Assembly (NCBI GenBank): GCA_905178155.1
Contig: CAJINV010000004.1
Location: 4,458,518 to 4,522,517, forward strand
Length of the DNA stretch: 64,000 nt
Direction: 5' to 3'
Source of the DNA: Amoebophrya sp. A120
Lineage: Eukaryota > Protista > Dinoflagellata
Shown: positions 26,216-39,000 of the stretch, one piece after another
Layout of the letters: every line of letters begins with the position of its first letter
How positions within the stretch are numbered: position 1 is the first letter of the stretch
Notes under the pieces: model-generated
The model's database searches: none
What the model was told of the DNA's origin: nothing
The model's input: the letters and a program-made list of their open reading frames with translations, nothing else
Position numbers and translations under genes: made by a program

Positions 26216-29200
26216 ATGGAGATCGCCAACCTTCCCGACCGGGAAGAGCGAATAGCCGCGAGGAGACGGCGAGCGGAAGCAAAACTGAAAAGAGAGAAGG
26301 AGGAGCTGGATGATACGGGGGCGGACCTACTCGAAGAACAGGATCAGGGACTGGGGAAACAAATGGTACAACTTATCCTGCGCTTTTTTCTCTGTTTGGC
26401 TAAAAAAATGTTCTGCAATTGAAATTGTAGTTTCAGTTCTTGTTCATGTTCTTCCGTACAACTCTCTCAAGCATGTTCCTGCTCAACTACATCCGCGCAT
26501 TCATATTCCATGATGTTGGTCTTCTTGTTGTTGCGGGCTCACATGATATGATTCCCTACACCAGGTATCAGAAGCCACCGCGTTTCTGGAGCGATTGCAG
26601 TACGACACAACAAACGACTTAACCGACATCCGCGTCCGCTTTGATAACGAGGAAAATGAGAGGAGAATAATAGATATGGATTGCAAAAATGTCTGGGTCT
26701 GGATGAATGCAAGGTTTGTCATGCTTGTCTGGCATGACGGAAGAGTTTGTGATGCGTGTCCAAGAAGAGACACTTTGGCTTGTCATGCTAAACGCAGTTT
26801 GTCATGCGGAAAGCGCAACACTAAGCAGCGCAAATATTTGTCATGCTTGGCTGTGCATTACAAAGAGTTCACTAATATTCACAACTTAGCATTAGATTAC
26901 AAGTTTCCAGACCCAGACATTTTTGCATTTAATAATAGAGGAAAACGCACGGCTGGACAGGTACGAAGCGCTGCAGATCGAGGCGGTGTCCAGTGGCAGA
27001 AAAAACGCCGCAGTAGAGCTCAAATGGGCGGACTTGCTTTACATCGACATACCACAGGTATTATAGTGGTATGCTTCGCATCTTCTTTTCGTAGCATGAC
27101 AGACTCCAGTGTTGAAGTTAATGTCAGGTCTTGCATGACAACTTCAGAAATTTCTGGCAATTGTCTTTACATGATCATGAACAAACCACAGGAACTCCAC
27201 GACCAGTTGCTGCTGCAGAAAGAAGCCTGTCTCAACATTCTCGAGGGGAAGGACCGCAGAATACGAGAGTTCTTGACCGAATTGAAAAATAAGGACGAGG
27301 AGTATAATATGTTCTTTTCCTTATCATGTTCCGTACAGCAAGAAAAACGAACCCCCTCCGAATGGTGCACATGCAGCTGCTTGCTGAAAAAATACATAGA
27401 TATAGACAAATTTTGGTCCTCGCAATGCCGTGGCGGTGGCACACGAAATGAACAATTCTACCTTATTCCAAAAATCTATCACTAGGTACCAGAAGATGCT
27501 GAAGCGGCAGGCGCACGACGTGAATCTGTTGATTAAGAAGATGCGAGCCCAGTACGTCGGCCTGCAAGAGAAATACGACGAGCAGCTGGTGGAAATAGAA
27601 AACGCATTTGCGCAGGAGAGAACCGACCTGATGAAGAGAAATCGAGAAGACATCGAGGTATTGATACATTTTTGAAATTGCATGAAGATATCATGAAAAA
27701 TGGACATAGATGATAGAGGAGCTTTTTTTTCGCTTCTGATCATGATATCGCTCTTGCGTGTTTCTGATGCTTATCATGCTTATGCGAGTTGTGTCTGCAT
27801 GAGAAACATTTTACATCGCGACTTATCACAGAATCTCTTCGAAAAGCGGCGGCAGATGGAAGAAGCCGAGTTCATGGACCAGCGAGTCGACCGGGAAAAA
27901 AGGTTCAAAAAGAAAATCGACGACCTGCGAGAACAGAACGACGACGAATACAACCACAGCAGAATCGCGTTGGAAAAATCCATCCAAGAGCTCGAGGTCC
28001 ATTTGGAAAAAATGATGGCGACCTACCAGTATAATTGCCTTCTCGATTTGCTGACTAGCCTTTGTCAACATGCAGATGCACACGTATAGCAAGCAGCTGC
28101 GTAGGATGAGGGGGGCTCATGCCACAAGCTGTGCGCTGGCGTTTCAATAGATGAAAGATGAGTCAGATGATCATGGAGAAAAAGTAAAAGATTTTTCATT
28201 CCGCAAGCACAACATCACATGACACTCATGAATTTAACCATACACTAATACTACACTTCCTAGGCTAAACAAGGAGAAGCTCGACTACAATCTGCAAGTG
28301 CTGATCGAGCGAAACAAGGAGCACAGCGCCATTCAGAGCAGCTACAAAAACCGCTTGAACCGATTACGTGAAACGCTGAACACGCTGTTGACCCGGTATA
28401 ACAAGCTCGACGCAAAGTACAAGACGGAGAATCAGGAGCTGACGGAGGAGTATAAGCGACTCACGAAGCAGTTCAAGGACCTCCAGGACAAGCACGCACA
28501 CTTCGAAAAGGCGGACGAAATCAAGTTCAGATATGCAATGCAAAAGTATCGTACTCGTATAAATGCATTACAAATTGAGTTAGCACCACAAATTTAATTT
28601 GTAATGCGGATTTGCCCTGAAAAAAAGATTTGTCATGCATATTTGCAATTAGTATGAGTGCGATACTTTTGCACAGGATATCAGAGAAGTGTGGGCCATG
28701 AACGAAGGCGAGGCGAAGCAAGTCATTGGAAAGGTATTGTTCATTGAACAATGATTGTGTCGCCGTGGTCGTATGCGTGCTGATAATTACGACAGGCTTA
28801 TACATAGAAGTAGATAAATTACAATTTTATTTCTAAAAATTTCGTGTGGAGGAAGTTCTTCCCCTCCCATGGTACTAGGCTTCCCACGCACGAGAAACTA
28901 CATGCAGCTGGTGCATTCCACCGTAGAAACTAAATATCAAAGTTTTTCTATATTCGCTGTTTAACACAGATTCTCGAATGCGACAAGCTGATCCACGAGC
29001 AGCAGCTGAGTTTACCCTGGAGCAGTCCCCAGGAGAACCTCCTGAATGAGCAGTTTGAGACCGGCACCAGCACCGAGGCGGGGACCCAGACGGGCACGAA
29101 GTCCTATCCTGAGTAAAAACGTCCCCACACCAGAGTCAAGATGGGAAATCTGCTAGACAAATCAACCTGCTTCGGCTGTTTCGCATGACAAGACTGCCGT

Positions 29201-31246
29201 CGTAGTGTAATCCTGTTTTGCTATTTAAGCAGCATCACAGATCTAGCATACTATGCGTATTCTAGCACCACAAATTCCAAAAACACGACTTGAAAATGCT
29301 TCTCATGGGGCTCCGCATGAGAAACTTTCTTGGCGTGCGGATTTGCATGACAGCGCTGGGGTGGTGACGTTTTTGCTCAGGATAAGTCCCTGTCCAAAAA
29401 CATGTCCTCTGCGGGCGGCGGAGGCGGTGGCGAGGGCAAGAAGGGCGTCGAGTTCTATCTCGTGAAAATTTGCCATTCTCATCCACTTTTTGCATGACAA
29501 ACAGAGGACTTTATGTATGTTTTGCATGACAAATTGGATGGAGATGGTCAATTTTCAGGGGATAAGTTCTTCGCAAAGAGGACAAAGAAAGTGCTGGACC
29601 TGATAAAAGACGAGTGCAGCTACTTGCTGGACGTCAAGGTACTACTTGCATTGATGATTCGTTCTTGTTGGTTTTGAACAATAATTTGATGCACCAACGA
29701 AAAAATCTACCAACGTCGCGACTTGCACACGGCAAGTATGAAACCGAAACTGTTGATTGCGCAACATGTTGGCATGTTTCAACTCTATCTCAATCTCACT
29801 CTTGTGAAAAAATATCAGATAAAAGACGAGATGGCACTCGCCCCCGATGCTGCCCAGCGAGATGTGATTCAAGTAAACGCAATATTGAAATACATCGGCG
29901 TCGAGTCACAAGAGGACTTGGACTTATTGACGAGCATGTTTTACCAGGGGCAGGACGACGACGATGAGACACTGTATTGCGATTTTTTCATCTCCTCGCT
30001 TTGAATAACTTCTTGTGTGCCGCTGGTGAGGAAGTATTGCCGCGTTAGCATTTACTACTACAGCATCTCTTCGCGGTCTGTAGTCATCGTTGCGCAACTT
30101 GTTGCACCTGGTAACTTAATTGCAGGTAGTACTACAGAAATTGCGCTTGCACAAAACATTGATTAGCAAAACATCCCAGTACAAGCAATAAAACACAGCT
30201 ATGTCGACGCGGACGATGTGCTTCGTATCCTCCGGGAATTTCTCGCGGAGAAGGAGAATTTGCGTATGGCCGACCTGTCCGGCGGCGCCAGTAAAAAGGC
30301 GGGGGAGGACGCCCAGGAGTCGAAGAACCTGAGGAGAAAGCAGGAGAAGAAGTTTTGGGATCGGATGGCACTTATCTTGTGCAAAACAAGTATCGTACTC
30401 GTAGCAATTGCAGTCATGCATTACAAATCTCGTTCCCAAGGCAAATCAGCATGACAAATTCCATTTGCCATGCTGAGCGAATTTGTGTTGCAATCACTAC
30501 AACTAGTACGATACTTTTGCAGTTCATAGCACTGTGCCTGCCCGAGACCACCGTCCGGGTGTGGAAGGCGTTGCAGAAGCAAATGGGCCGGTATTTGAAG
30601 TTACTGCACTTCCGGTCACAACTAGTCGACGACGCCGTGGACCTGCAAAAGCAGAACGATATGAATTGCAAAAGTATCGTGCTCGTAATAATGGCAGTCA
30701 CGCATGACAAATCTAACTTGCTTCTACTGGCTCTAGCATCACAAATTGCATTATTTCTGGTCGTGAGAAAGTTTGTCATGCGTTTCATACTTAGTGCGAT
30801 CCTTTTGCAATGCATAAACGAGGAGCTGAAGCAACTGCTGGATCAGTATCTGGGCAGCAAGGTGAACGAGGAGCTGCAGATTTATGGATGTGTCAGGATC
30901 GAAATCGACAAAGTTGATTTAATTTCTCATGCATAAATTGCAAGCCATGAAATGCCTCGCTTGCAAGGATGGCAAGTGAGGCCGACAGACAGCCTGTTTG
31001 GGGTCTGCGATAGAGCTGTTGAAGTACTTAGCATGACAAAAGAGGCCCCCTGTCCCTGAACAGCATGACAAATTGGATTTAGACGGTGCCAAAATTTGTC
31101 GTGCGCCGCTTGAAAATTGGGCTTCGAACTAGTATCGATTTTATGCATTACAACTTTGACAATTTCAATCCTGACACTTCCATAAGATTCCGCCCACGCA
31201 CGTCATCCGTGTGGTCACCGGCGGCGCTGGGGCACCGCCGGCGTGA
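26216..31246 (+). CDS. DRC1: Dynein regulatory complex subunit 1 (CCDC164); 8 GT-AG introns and 7 introner introns
   Basis: Reconstructed peptides DREERIAARRRR, IPQELHDQLLLQKEACLNILEGKDRRIREFLTELKNKDEEYQK, YQLNKEKLDYNLQVL, and C-terminal QNEELKQLLDQYLGSKVNEELQIPPTHVI. GT-AG introns: 26366-26564, 27058-27191, 27302-27485, 27658-27831, 28029-28263, 28734-28969, 29639-29818, 29974-30198. Confidence 0.93.
26675..26934. mobile_element. Introner family B
   Basis: TSD ATAGA; removal gives RRIIEENARLDRY. Confidence 0.93.
28532..28680. mobile_element. Introner family A
   Basis: TSD TCAGA; removal gives IKFREVWAMN. Confidence 0.93.
29105..29384. mobile_element. Introner family D (TIR TATCCTGAGyAAAAACGTCnCCACnCCAG)
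   Basis: TSD AGTCC; removal gives GTKSLSKN. Confidence 0.93.
29456..29564. mobile_element. Introner family C (diverged TIR)
   Basis: TSD AGTTC; removal gives VEFFAKRTKKVLDLI. Confidence 0.9.
30373..30528. mobile_element. Introner family A
   Basis: TSD GCACT; removal gives DRMALCLPE. Confidence 0.93.
30660..30816. mobile_element. Introner family A
   Basis: TSD AACGA; removal gives QKQNEELKQLL. Confidence 0.93.
30883..31184. mobile_element. Introner family E (TIR TATGGAwGyGTCAGGATyGAAAT)
   Basis: TSD AGATT; removal gives EELQIPPTH. Confidence 0.93.
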
Positions 31247-32239
31247 GGAGCGCAGGAAGGAGTGCACTAGAGGATATGTGAACGGCACTTCTACACCAAC
31301 ATACTGCATTCTCGGCTGGTAGAACTTTCACTTTGTAAATGTAAGTGTAACTGTGCAAATTAAAACCACGATCTCTTCTTCTGAGAATAGCAGAACCTTA
31401 TCCCTTGAAGTTATTTTTCCTGTAGATGATGAAGAACTTCGAAATGTATTACCTATACCTTGAGATTCGAAATTAGACCAATTGCAGCTCCTGCCTTGTT
31501 GCTCAGGACGCGTTATTGCTTGAAGAGTGATTTACTTCTTCACACCTTGAGATTCGAAATTATGACAAGAAATAAAACCGTAAGTTTATATTGCTAGTTT
31601 ATTGCTTCTTCAACAATAGAAAGTAAAACACAGAGAGAATATGATTGTAATCAACCGAAGGTATAGTGGAAGTGGAGGACGAGGTACTATCGTTATCTTC
31701 AATCACCGTCCACTATAGATGAGCTGGTAGCACCGGAATGACGATGATCGCACTGTCAGTGGACAACAGGTACTACCGTCGTCGCGGAGTGGAACTATTC
31801 CTCGCAACCAACGACCAAAAAAGGTTGATGGGATGAACAAGCTGGAGGAAGCCACTCGAGTCGATCACGTCCGTCGCCGGGGGCGTCTGGACCCGGTTTG
31901 TTCGGTGCCTCTGCGAGGAACGCACTCACGAAAGGAATCGTCATCCCCACTGTTTTTTTTTGGTGAAGCCCAATCAAAGATCTTTCGCGAAACAATATAA
32001 GATACCCGAAGATGCAAGAAGGTCGTTCTCCGTTCTATCTAAGCGCATTCCGGTCCGGAGGGCTGCAATAATCATGATCCTTCGTAGAAGTTCCTGCTCG
32101 TTGCCGCGAGAAGCAATAGGTCCTCGTGTGTGTGCCCTGAGTGTGTGCGCTGCCCTTGTTCCCCGAAAAATTAAATTACAAAGGATCAACATCACGTTGA
32201 GTTTCTGGATATGGCATAAACGTCGGTTTTGGTCGTGGC

Positions 32240-34974
32240 ATGGTTTTTTACAGATCTTGTCAGTCCTCCTGTGCAGTTGCGCATCAGCGCAGGCTGCGAG
32301 GCGTGGGTTTCTGCACCTTGAAAGAGAGCAGGTTCTTTGTTTTAACTCGCAAGAAGACTCGCCCTGTCCCCATCCGCGCATTCGGAACGGCCACGACGGT
32401 GCAAGATGCAGCCGCGGCTGTGCTACAAAACGCACCGTGGCTACAATACAAATTGCAAGAAGAACATCGTGCGGCGACCGCTAGTAGTTCCTCATCCTCC
32501 TCCTCTTCAAGCAACAGTACTCCACCTGCTACGTCGCCACGCCACGACACGAAACCCCCACCTGCCAGCATTTTCAACGGCACATGGCCCCGGTTCCTCT
32601 CGAAGGAAGCCTCCACGGCTGCCCCCGATGCGAAAATCGCAGAGCGGTGGCTGGTGGTCCCCGCGAGTTTTCTCGTGCAGGGCTCGGTCGGGTCGGTGTA
32701 CGCCTGGAGCCTGTGGAACGAACCGCTGACCAGGAGTCTGGGCGTCGTGGCCAGCTGCTCCTCGGATTGGGACCTGCAGTCCTCGGTGATGACCTTCACC
32801 ACGATGGCGTGCTCGCTCGGCGTCACCACCTTCTTTCTCGGACCCTGGTCGGAGCGCGCGGGCCCGAGGTATACGGCCACCGTGTCCGCACTGGCCTACA
32901 CGGCGTCCTTGCTGACGTGCAGCGCGGCAGCCTACTTGCACTCCCTGCCGGTGCTGTATTGCGGAGGAGTCTTGGGCGGGATAGGGTGGGGACTAGGTAC
33001 AAAAAAAAGTGATCGTGATGTTTAGCTGTGTTTGTTTTTGCTTGCTCTTGCATTGTTGAGTACGAGCCTCGAGCCCGAGTGCTGATGCGGCAGGGACATT
33101 CTTCATGTCTCTGTCTCTCGCGAGATATTACCATCAAATCGTCCGAATGAAATTTCACATATGACAAAAACCCCACAACTTACACTTAGGTTACATTTCC
33201 CCGGTGAGCACGCTGCTTCGGTGGTTCCCGGACCGCCGCGGCCTTGCGGGCGGCCTAGCTCTTTCCGCCTTCGGAGGCGGCGCCGCCATGGCCGCGCCCC
33301 TGATTCGCCGCGGCTTGGACTACTTTTCGCAGCCACCATTAAAAGTGCCGCCTAACGTCGCGATCCGCACCGACGCGGTCACGGGAAAACAGTTTTTTGG
33401 CGAGAGTCAAGAGGTCGTGTACGCCACGAAGCACGACATGGCACAGTACGTGTCCGCGCATTACAATCTTGGTGGTGCAATGTTACCAGAAGAATCTACT
33501 TCCGCAACGACCTTTTTCGCCCAGACGTCTCCACAACTCGAGGAGGCCATGTTTGGCACCACTTCCACCGCCTCGGACCTCCTCGTCGCGCCGCTGACCG
33601 AGGGCTACTACCTGGTCGGCACCGGCGACACGGGCGCGGCGGGCGCGTTCCTGTGCCTCGCCGGGCTGTACGGCACCCTGATGCTGACCGGCGCGTCCCT
33701 CCTCCGCACCCCGCCGGCCAACTGGAGTCAGACCGTGCTGCAGAAATATGAGAAGAGCACGTCCGGTTACGCGCAAGCGGCCGACGGCAAGAAGCGCCTG
33801 CAGCTGCAGGAACAGTCCACGCAGGGCGTGGTGACCCCGCAAGAAGCGCTGAACACACCGCAATTCGCCTACCTCTGGCTGACCATCTGCGGGAACGCGT
33901 GCGGGGGGATGGCTCTGTTGAGCACCGCCAGCACGGTGATGACGGAAAGCTTCGGCGCGGTGCTGCCACAAGTGGTGACCGCCGGGTTCGCGGCGAGCTA
34001 CGTCTCGGCCTTGAGTTTGTCCAACTCTGCGGGCCGACTTGGCTGGAGCATCGTCAGTGATCATGTGGGAAGGAGGAAAACGTAGGATGCGGATTTTGAT
34101 GCGGTTTTGATAGAAATTTACGATTTATGCTATATCGTCATGGAACTGGAAGCTTTTTTTGACATGGACGCTAGCACAGGAGGAGAAGTATATGCGAATT
34201 TGTTTTGGCATTCTCCCCCACATGACACTTCTCAGATACCACATTTTTGCGCAAGCGGGCGTTATCGGTGTGCTCGCGCTGCCGCATTTGAACCGGGCGA
34301 CCGTGGAGGGGAAGATTGGAGCTCTTTCCGCCCTCGGTGACGCGGTGCTCGGAGTCCCGGAATCGGGCCCGCTGCTGGCGTACTGCGGCTTCACCTGCAT
34401 GCTCATGTCGTTTTACGGGGGGCAGTTCTCGGTGCTCCCGAGCTACGTCGCGGACCTGTTCTCCGAGAAGCACGCCGGCGCGATCCACGGGCGCATCCTC
34501 ACGGCCTGGAGCGCCGCCAGCGTGCTGGGTCCGCAGGGGCTGGCGTGGTTTCGGGAACAGAGCTACCGGCGGGCGTGTGCGGACCTGGCGAAAATGATTC
34601 CGGGCGAGGAGTTCGAGTCGCGGTTCGGCGTGGCAGTAACCGAATTAGACACGCTCGTGAGCGCGAAAACGGTCACGATACAGCGGTTGTTGGAGTTGTG
34701 CCCGGCGGGGACGCTGGACCCAAGCTTGACGTTGTACAACGACTCCTTCATCGCGATTGCGGGTGCGTTGGCGGGCGCCGGGTTCTTCAACGGTATGATA
34801 CGGCAAGTCGACCCGCAACATTTCGTTCCGGGAACGGCTCCGGTAGTGGCGGGGAAGGCGGGGACTACTTCGGGAGAGAGGGCAGCGTCTGCGGTTAGTA
34901 CCGCGAGTACTCCTCCTGCACAGCAGGGCTCGACGAAAAGTGGCACGCGGCCTGGAGGTGGAATTTCCGTGTGA
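32240..34974 (+). CDS. MFS transporter, oxalate:formate antiporter (OFA/YhjX-like) family; canonical introns 32997-33189 and 34082-34235
   Basis: GSVYAWSLWNEPL, GIGWGLG|YISPVSTLLRWFPDRRGLAGG, NSAGRLGWSIVSDHVGRRK, YGGQFSVLPSYVADLFSEKHAGAIHG; start codon uncertain. Confidence 0.92.
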
Positions 34975-36409
34975 ATGACAGATGCAATGATGCGGTCAAG
35001 AAGGCTTTATCATCAGACATGCCACAGCCACGAACCAGGCACCTCGGTCAGATATGACACTACACATAACACGTACGACGCTGCTCTTTGTGCCTGAGTT
35101 GTGCCGTGGCTGCGCTTTTATTTTGCATTTTTTGTAGCACTTGCTGCTGTTGGACCTTTACGCCCCGAAGCGAAGGCCTTAGTTAGATGCTTTTACCCAC
35201 TTGAACAGTGTTCCGAGTCATAAATCAAACTCAAACGCCCGTCCGCTCTTTCTTGTCCATTTTTTTCTGCGCGCGCTTTGCGGTGCGTAGGGTAGCCAGC
35301 AGCACAGGATCTCCCGGCCTGGCTGCGGTGGGGGGCCCTCCTACCCTACCCCTTGCGGCGGCAGTTCCGGTCTTTGTTTATCGACGACACCCACGGTCTG
35401 CCCTGGCGCGAGGTCTGTGACCCCAAGGAGCGCTTGTTGGGCCTATCGCTGGAGCTTGCGGGTTGGGACCAATCCGCGCAGAAGAGGGAGGCCCAGTGCT
35501 TTCGCATGGGGGTAGGGGGTGTGGCGGTAGGCCTCGGCGCGGCGAGGAGCATGACTCTGCGCGAGACTGCCCCGCCACCGGGCGGACTTGCACGCAGAAG
35601 GGGCTCCAGCAATACAGGGCGCGCCGAATGATCTGCCCTCATTGCAGCAACTACGCGGCCACAGCAGTTTGGCGGCGGCAAAGGCCCGTCGCGCCGTAGA
35701 GGCCCCCCGCGCGCCCCGCGTGGCGCGCGCCTTCTGCGCCGCCCCCCGCCGGCCTTCCTTGGTGGCGGGCCGGCCGCGCGCCGGTGGTTTGGGGCGCGGG
35801 AAGTCGGGACGCGGCTTGGCGGGGGGGCGCGCTCGCGCACGCAGGAGGCAGGCACTGCGCCGCGGCCGCGCGCGCGGTATAAATACGGGGGCCACCGCTT
35901 CGCAAGCAATCTGCGCCGGCGCCCAGACGTCGCGCGCAACCCACCAAATGAGGGCGACCGGCTGAGCAGCTGAAATGGACCGCGCGCGGCAGCGGGCGCC
36001 ATATCCAAACGCATCAGCAAGGACGCAGCGCGCCGCCCTACGGCGCTCCCAGCGAGCCAACCAAAGAACCCGCCCCCCGCCGCCCGGGCGGGTTTGCCCG
36101 CCGCGGCCGGCTTGAATGTATGAGGCCCCCCATGTTTTGGGCCCGCCGGCCATTGCAGGCCGCCAGCCGGCAGGCCCGCCCGCCAGCGCGCGCCCGCATG
36201 CCGGACGGCGGCCAGCCAGCAAGTGAGGCGGGCCCGCTCCAGGGCCCTTTCTTTGTATGTTCTCTTTTCCGCATACTAGATCTCGCCGCAGCAGTGGCGC
36301 CCTGCCTCCCCCCGGCCTGCGTGGCTCGCCGATGTCAGGAAGCAGGGAGGCCGCCTGCCCGGAGGCCGTCCGTGGCGAAGGCCCGGCGCGGGCCCGGGCA
36401 TTCTTTTGG

Positions 36410-37409
36410 CGGTTCTTCTCGGGCGCGGGTTCGTGGGTGTTCTTCCCCGCGCAGGTCGGGGCGCCGCCCTTGCGGTTGGTACGTAGGCTCACTGAAAAAT
36501 GAGCGTTGCTCGGGGGCTGGGAGCTCGAATACAGACCCGGGGGCCTTCGGGTGCGAGCCAGCGCGACGAAATTCTTCGGCACCGCTTTCGTACGCTAGAT
36601 TGGTTGCGGAGCAGGAAGCCAGTCCGGATGTAGATTGGTTCCCGGCCTCGTCTATGATTTTTTTTCTGGGTGTGCCAGTATTCTTTCGATGTGCTGTTCG
36701 ATGTCAGGAGCCCGAGAGCGTGGAGGAGCATAGTAAGTAGGCATCACATGAGAGCGTCTGGTCAAAACATTGAAGAAGAGGAACTACGATGGAAAGGGAT
36801 GAGGTAGGTCGCCGCGAGTGTAACATGGTAAGCGCGCAAAACCAGTAGAACAAAGACAAATCCTTAAACGACCACGAGGTGTGCAGTTTGTCAGTTTGAA
36901 CGGAGCGACTTTCAGCTGGAGGCAAAAGGTCCTGGCTTTGAAGTCCTGTTTCCTCACCTGTGTTGTCTTCCCCTTTCAAATACGCATGTTATTAACCTCC
37001 AGGTCTAACCCTATTCGCCCCTTACACTTCAATATCAATATTAGTTTTAGTCCCATTAAGTTTTCTGTTTGTTGCGACTCTCACTCTGTCTATCCGTATG
37101 TGCCCGTACACGGACCACGTCAATGTGCGCTCCCTCCATGCTGTCAATGGACGTTGACCAGTAGCCTAGAAGTAGAAGGCTCACACACTATCATACATGC
37201 AGAACAAGTTTTCGTGCGGCACTTTCGGGCGACCATTTTCTTCATCGTCTGATTCTCAATTCTATTGTTGCCCTACCGCCCCCAGTGAAGATTTACAAAT
37301 AAACCATCGACCCAGGAGCCCCGACATCAAAAAATGGTTCGCATCCTCGCCTCCGGCGACGTGGTCACGGACAACGACCCCCGGGCGAAGTCTCTGATCG
37401 AGAGCTCGC
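36410..37409 (+). repeat. Diverged direct duplicate of ~38020-39076 (upstream region plus first 25 codons of the 39001 gene)
   Basis: 37321-37409 is identical to 38988-39076; similarity continues upstream with increasing divergence. Confidence 0.85.
37334..37409 (+). pseudogene. Truncated copy of the 39001 gene start (MVRILASGDVVTDNDPRAKSLIESS)
   Basis: Exact copy that then runs into unrelated GC-rich sequence. Confidence 0.7.
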
Positions 37410-39000
37410 CGCCGGGCCGCTCTCTTTGCTAGAATGCGTGGGCAGCGAGGTCATGCAAGCGAAGCTCGTGCTGGAGCATGAGCAACCACGGAGCGGGCCC
37501 CGGGTTGCGCCTGCTGCCTGCCGCAGCCGCCCCGCCCCGCCCCGGACGGTCTCTAACGGGGCCCCCGGGCCCGCGCTCTCACTCGTGCCCGTGTGCCACC
37601 TCCGCCGCAGCTACGAACCCGGTAGGAAGGCCAAGGGGCCGCGGCCCTTGTCTACGCTAAGCAACGGAGAAACGAGCGCGCGACGATGATGATGCCGCGC
37701 GCTCGGCGAAAAGAAGCCAAGCGGCGCGAGGCTTTTTTTAGGGGGGGCAGGGGCGTGGATTGTGTCGGAGAGCGCCGCCGCCTCGGGCGGGCGGGCCGGG
37801 GCCGGCACGCAGGGCGGGTGGGGCCGCGCCCGCCGGGGAAGAGGGCGCCTGTTCTCGTATTTCGATCGCCCGGGGCGCTGGTTTCGCTCTTTGCTCCAGT
37901 GGCGCATCGAGACGGGCCCGCCGCGCGCCCGTAGACATCCAACCGCACAGCGATGGGTCTGCGGGCAGTGCGCCTCCGAGACAGCCCGGCGCGCGCCCAG
38001 GCGTTGTTCTTGTCGCCTTTTTCCGGGCGCGGGCGCCGGGGTGTTATTCCTCCGGCAGCCCGCGCAGGTGCAGGTCGGGGCGCCGCCCTTTCGGCTGGTA
38101 ACTAGGTTTATTGCGAAACGAGCCCTGTTCTGGGCCGGGCAGCTCGATGAAGTAAGAATAGGCTAGGCGGTGCTCCGGTTCGATTTGCTTATTGGGCGTG
38201 CCAGTATGATTCAGTTTGCTCCTGCTAGCCCCTGTTGCCTTGTGCTTGTCGATGAGAGAGAAGCGTGGTGGGCCAGCATAGGAGGAGGCATCAGCTCCTT
38301 TGTTCAGCAGCAAGTCAAAAGCTTTTCCGAGCTTTAATATTGGGAGGTTTTGTTCACGACTCACTGTCACTATTATTGATCCCCGCCATGCTGCATGAGG
38401 ATGAGACGAGCGTCTGGTTGAAACTTTATTGAGGAGGGGCGTAGTAAGATAGAGGGGAGAATTTGCCATGAGTTTGAAGTAGACTTAAACGCACAAAACC
38501 AGTACGACAAACTGTCGAGCGACGAGCTTTGCAATGGGTCAGTTTGAGCAGAGGGAGCGACTGTGAAACGGCCTAGTTCTTTTTGAGGTGGTGGCTCCTA
38601 ACATGTGCTGATGTCTTCCTCTTCCGAGTAAGCATTTTCTTAACTACCTCCAGGGCCGGTCCATATTTTCCCCTAGTCCTACTATAGATTTAGATATCAA
38701 TATTAGTCCCCTTCTACGTTGCTCGTTGCGACTCTGTCTATCCATTGTATTGACGTACACAGACCACCACGTCGATGCACGCTCCCTTCATACTGCCAAT
38801 CATGGACGTAGTTTACCAGTACCCTAGAAATAGAAGGCTCACACACTAGGATACATGCAGAACAAGTTCTCCCTCTCGTGCGACACTTTTGGGCGACCAT
38901 TTTTTACTTCGTGCGATTCACAATTCTATTGTTTCCCTACCCCACCTACTAGTGCTAGTGAAGATTTGTGAAACCATCGAGCCAACACCGACATCAAAAA

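Noticed and set aside
31457-31562. 19-nt direct repeat ACCTTGAGATTCGAAATTA; similar short tandem duplications at about 17447-17540
   Set aside because: Only 2-3 copies, no array or associated genes; ordinary local duplications, not CRISPR
35346-38166. Long overlapping ORFs (e.g. 35443-36582 minus)
   Set aside because: Arg/Pro/Ala/Gly-rich products expected from stop-poor GC-rich DNA
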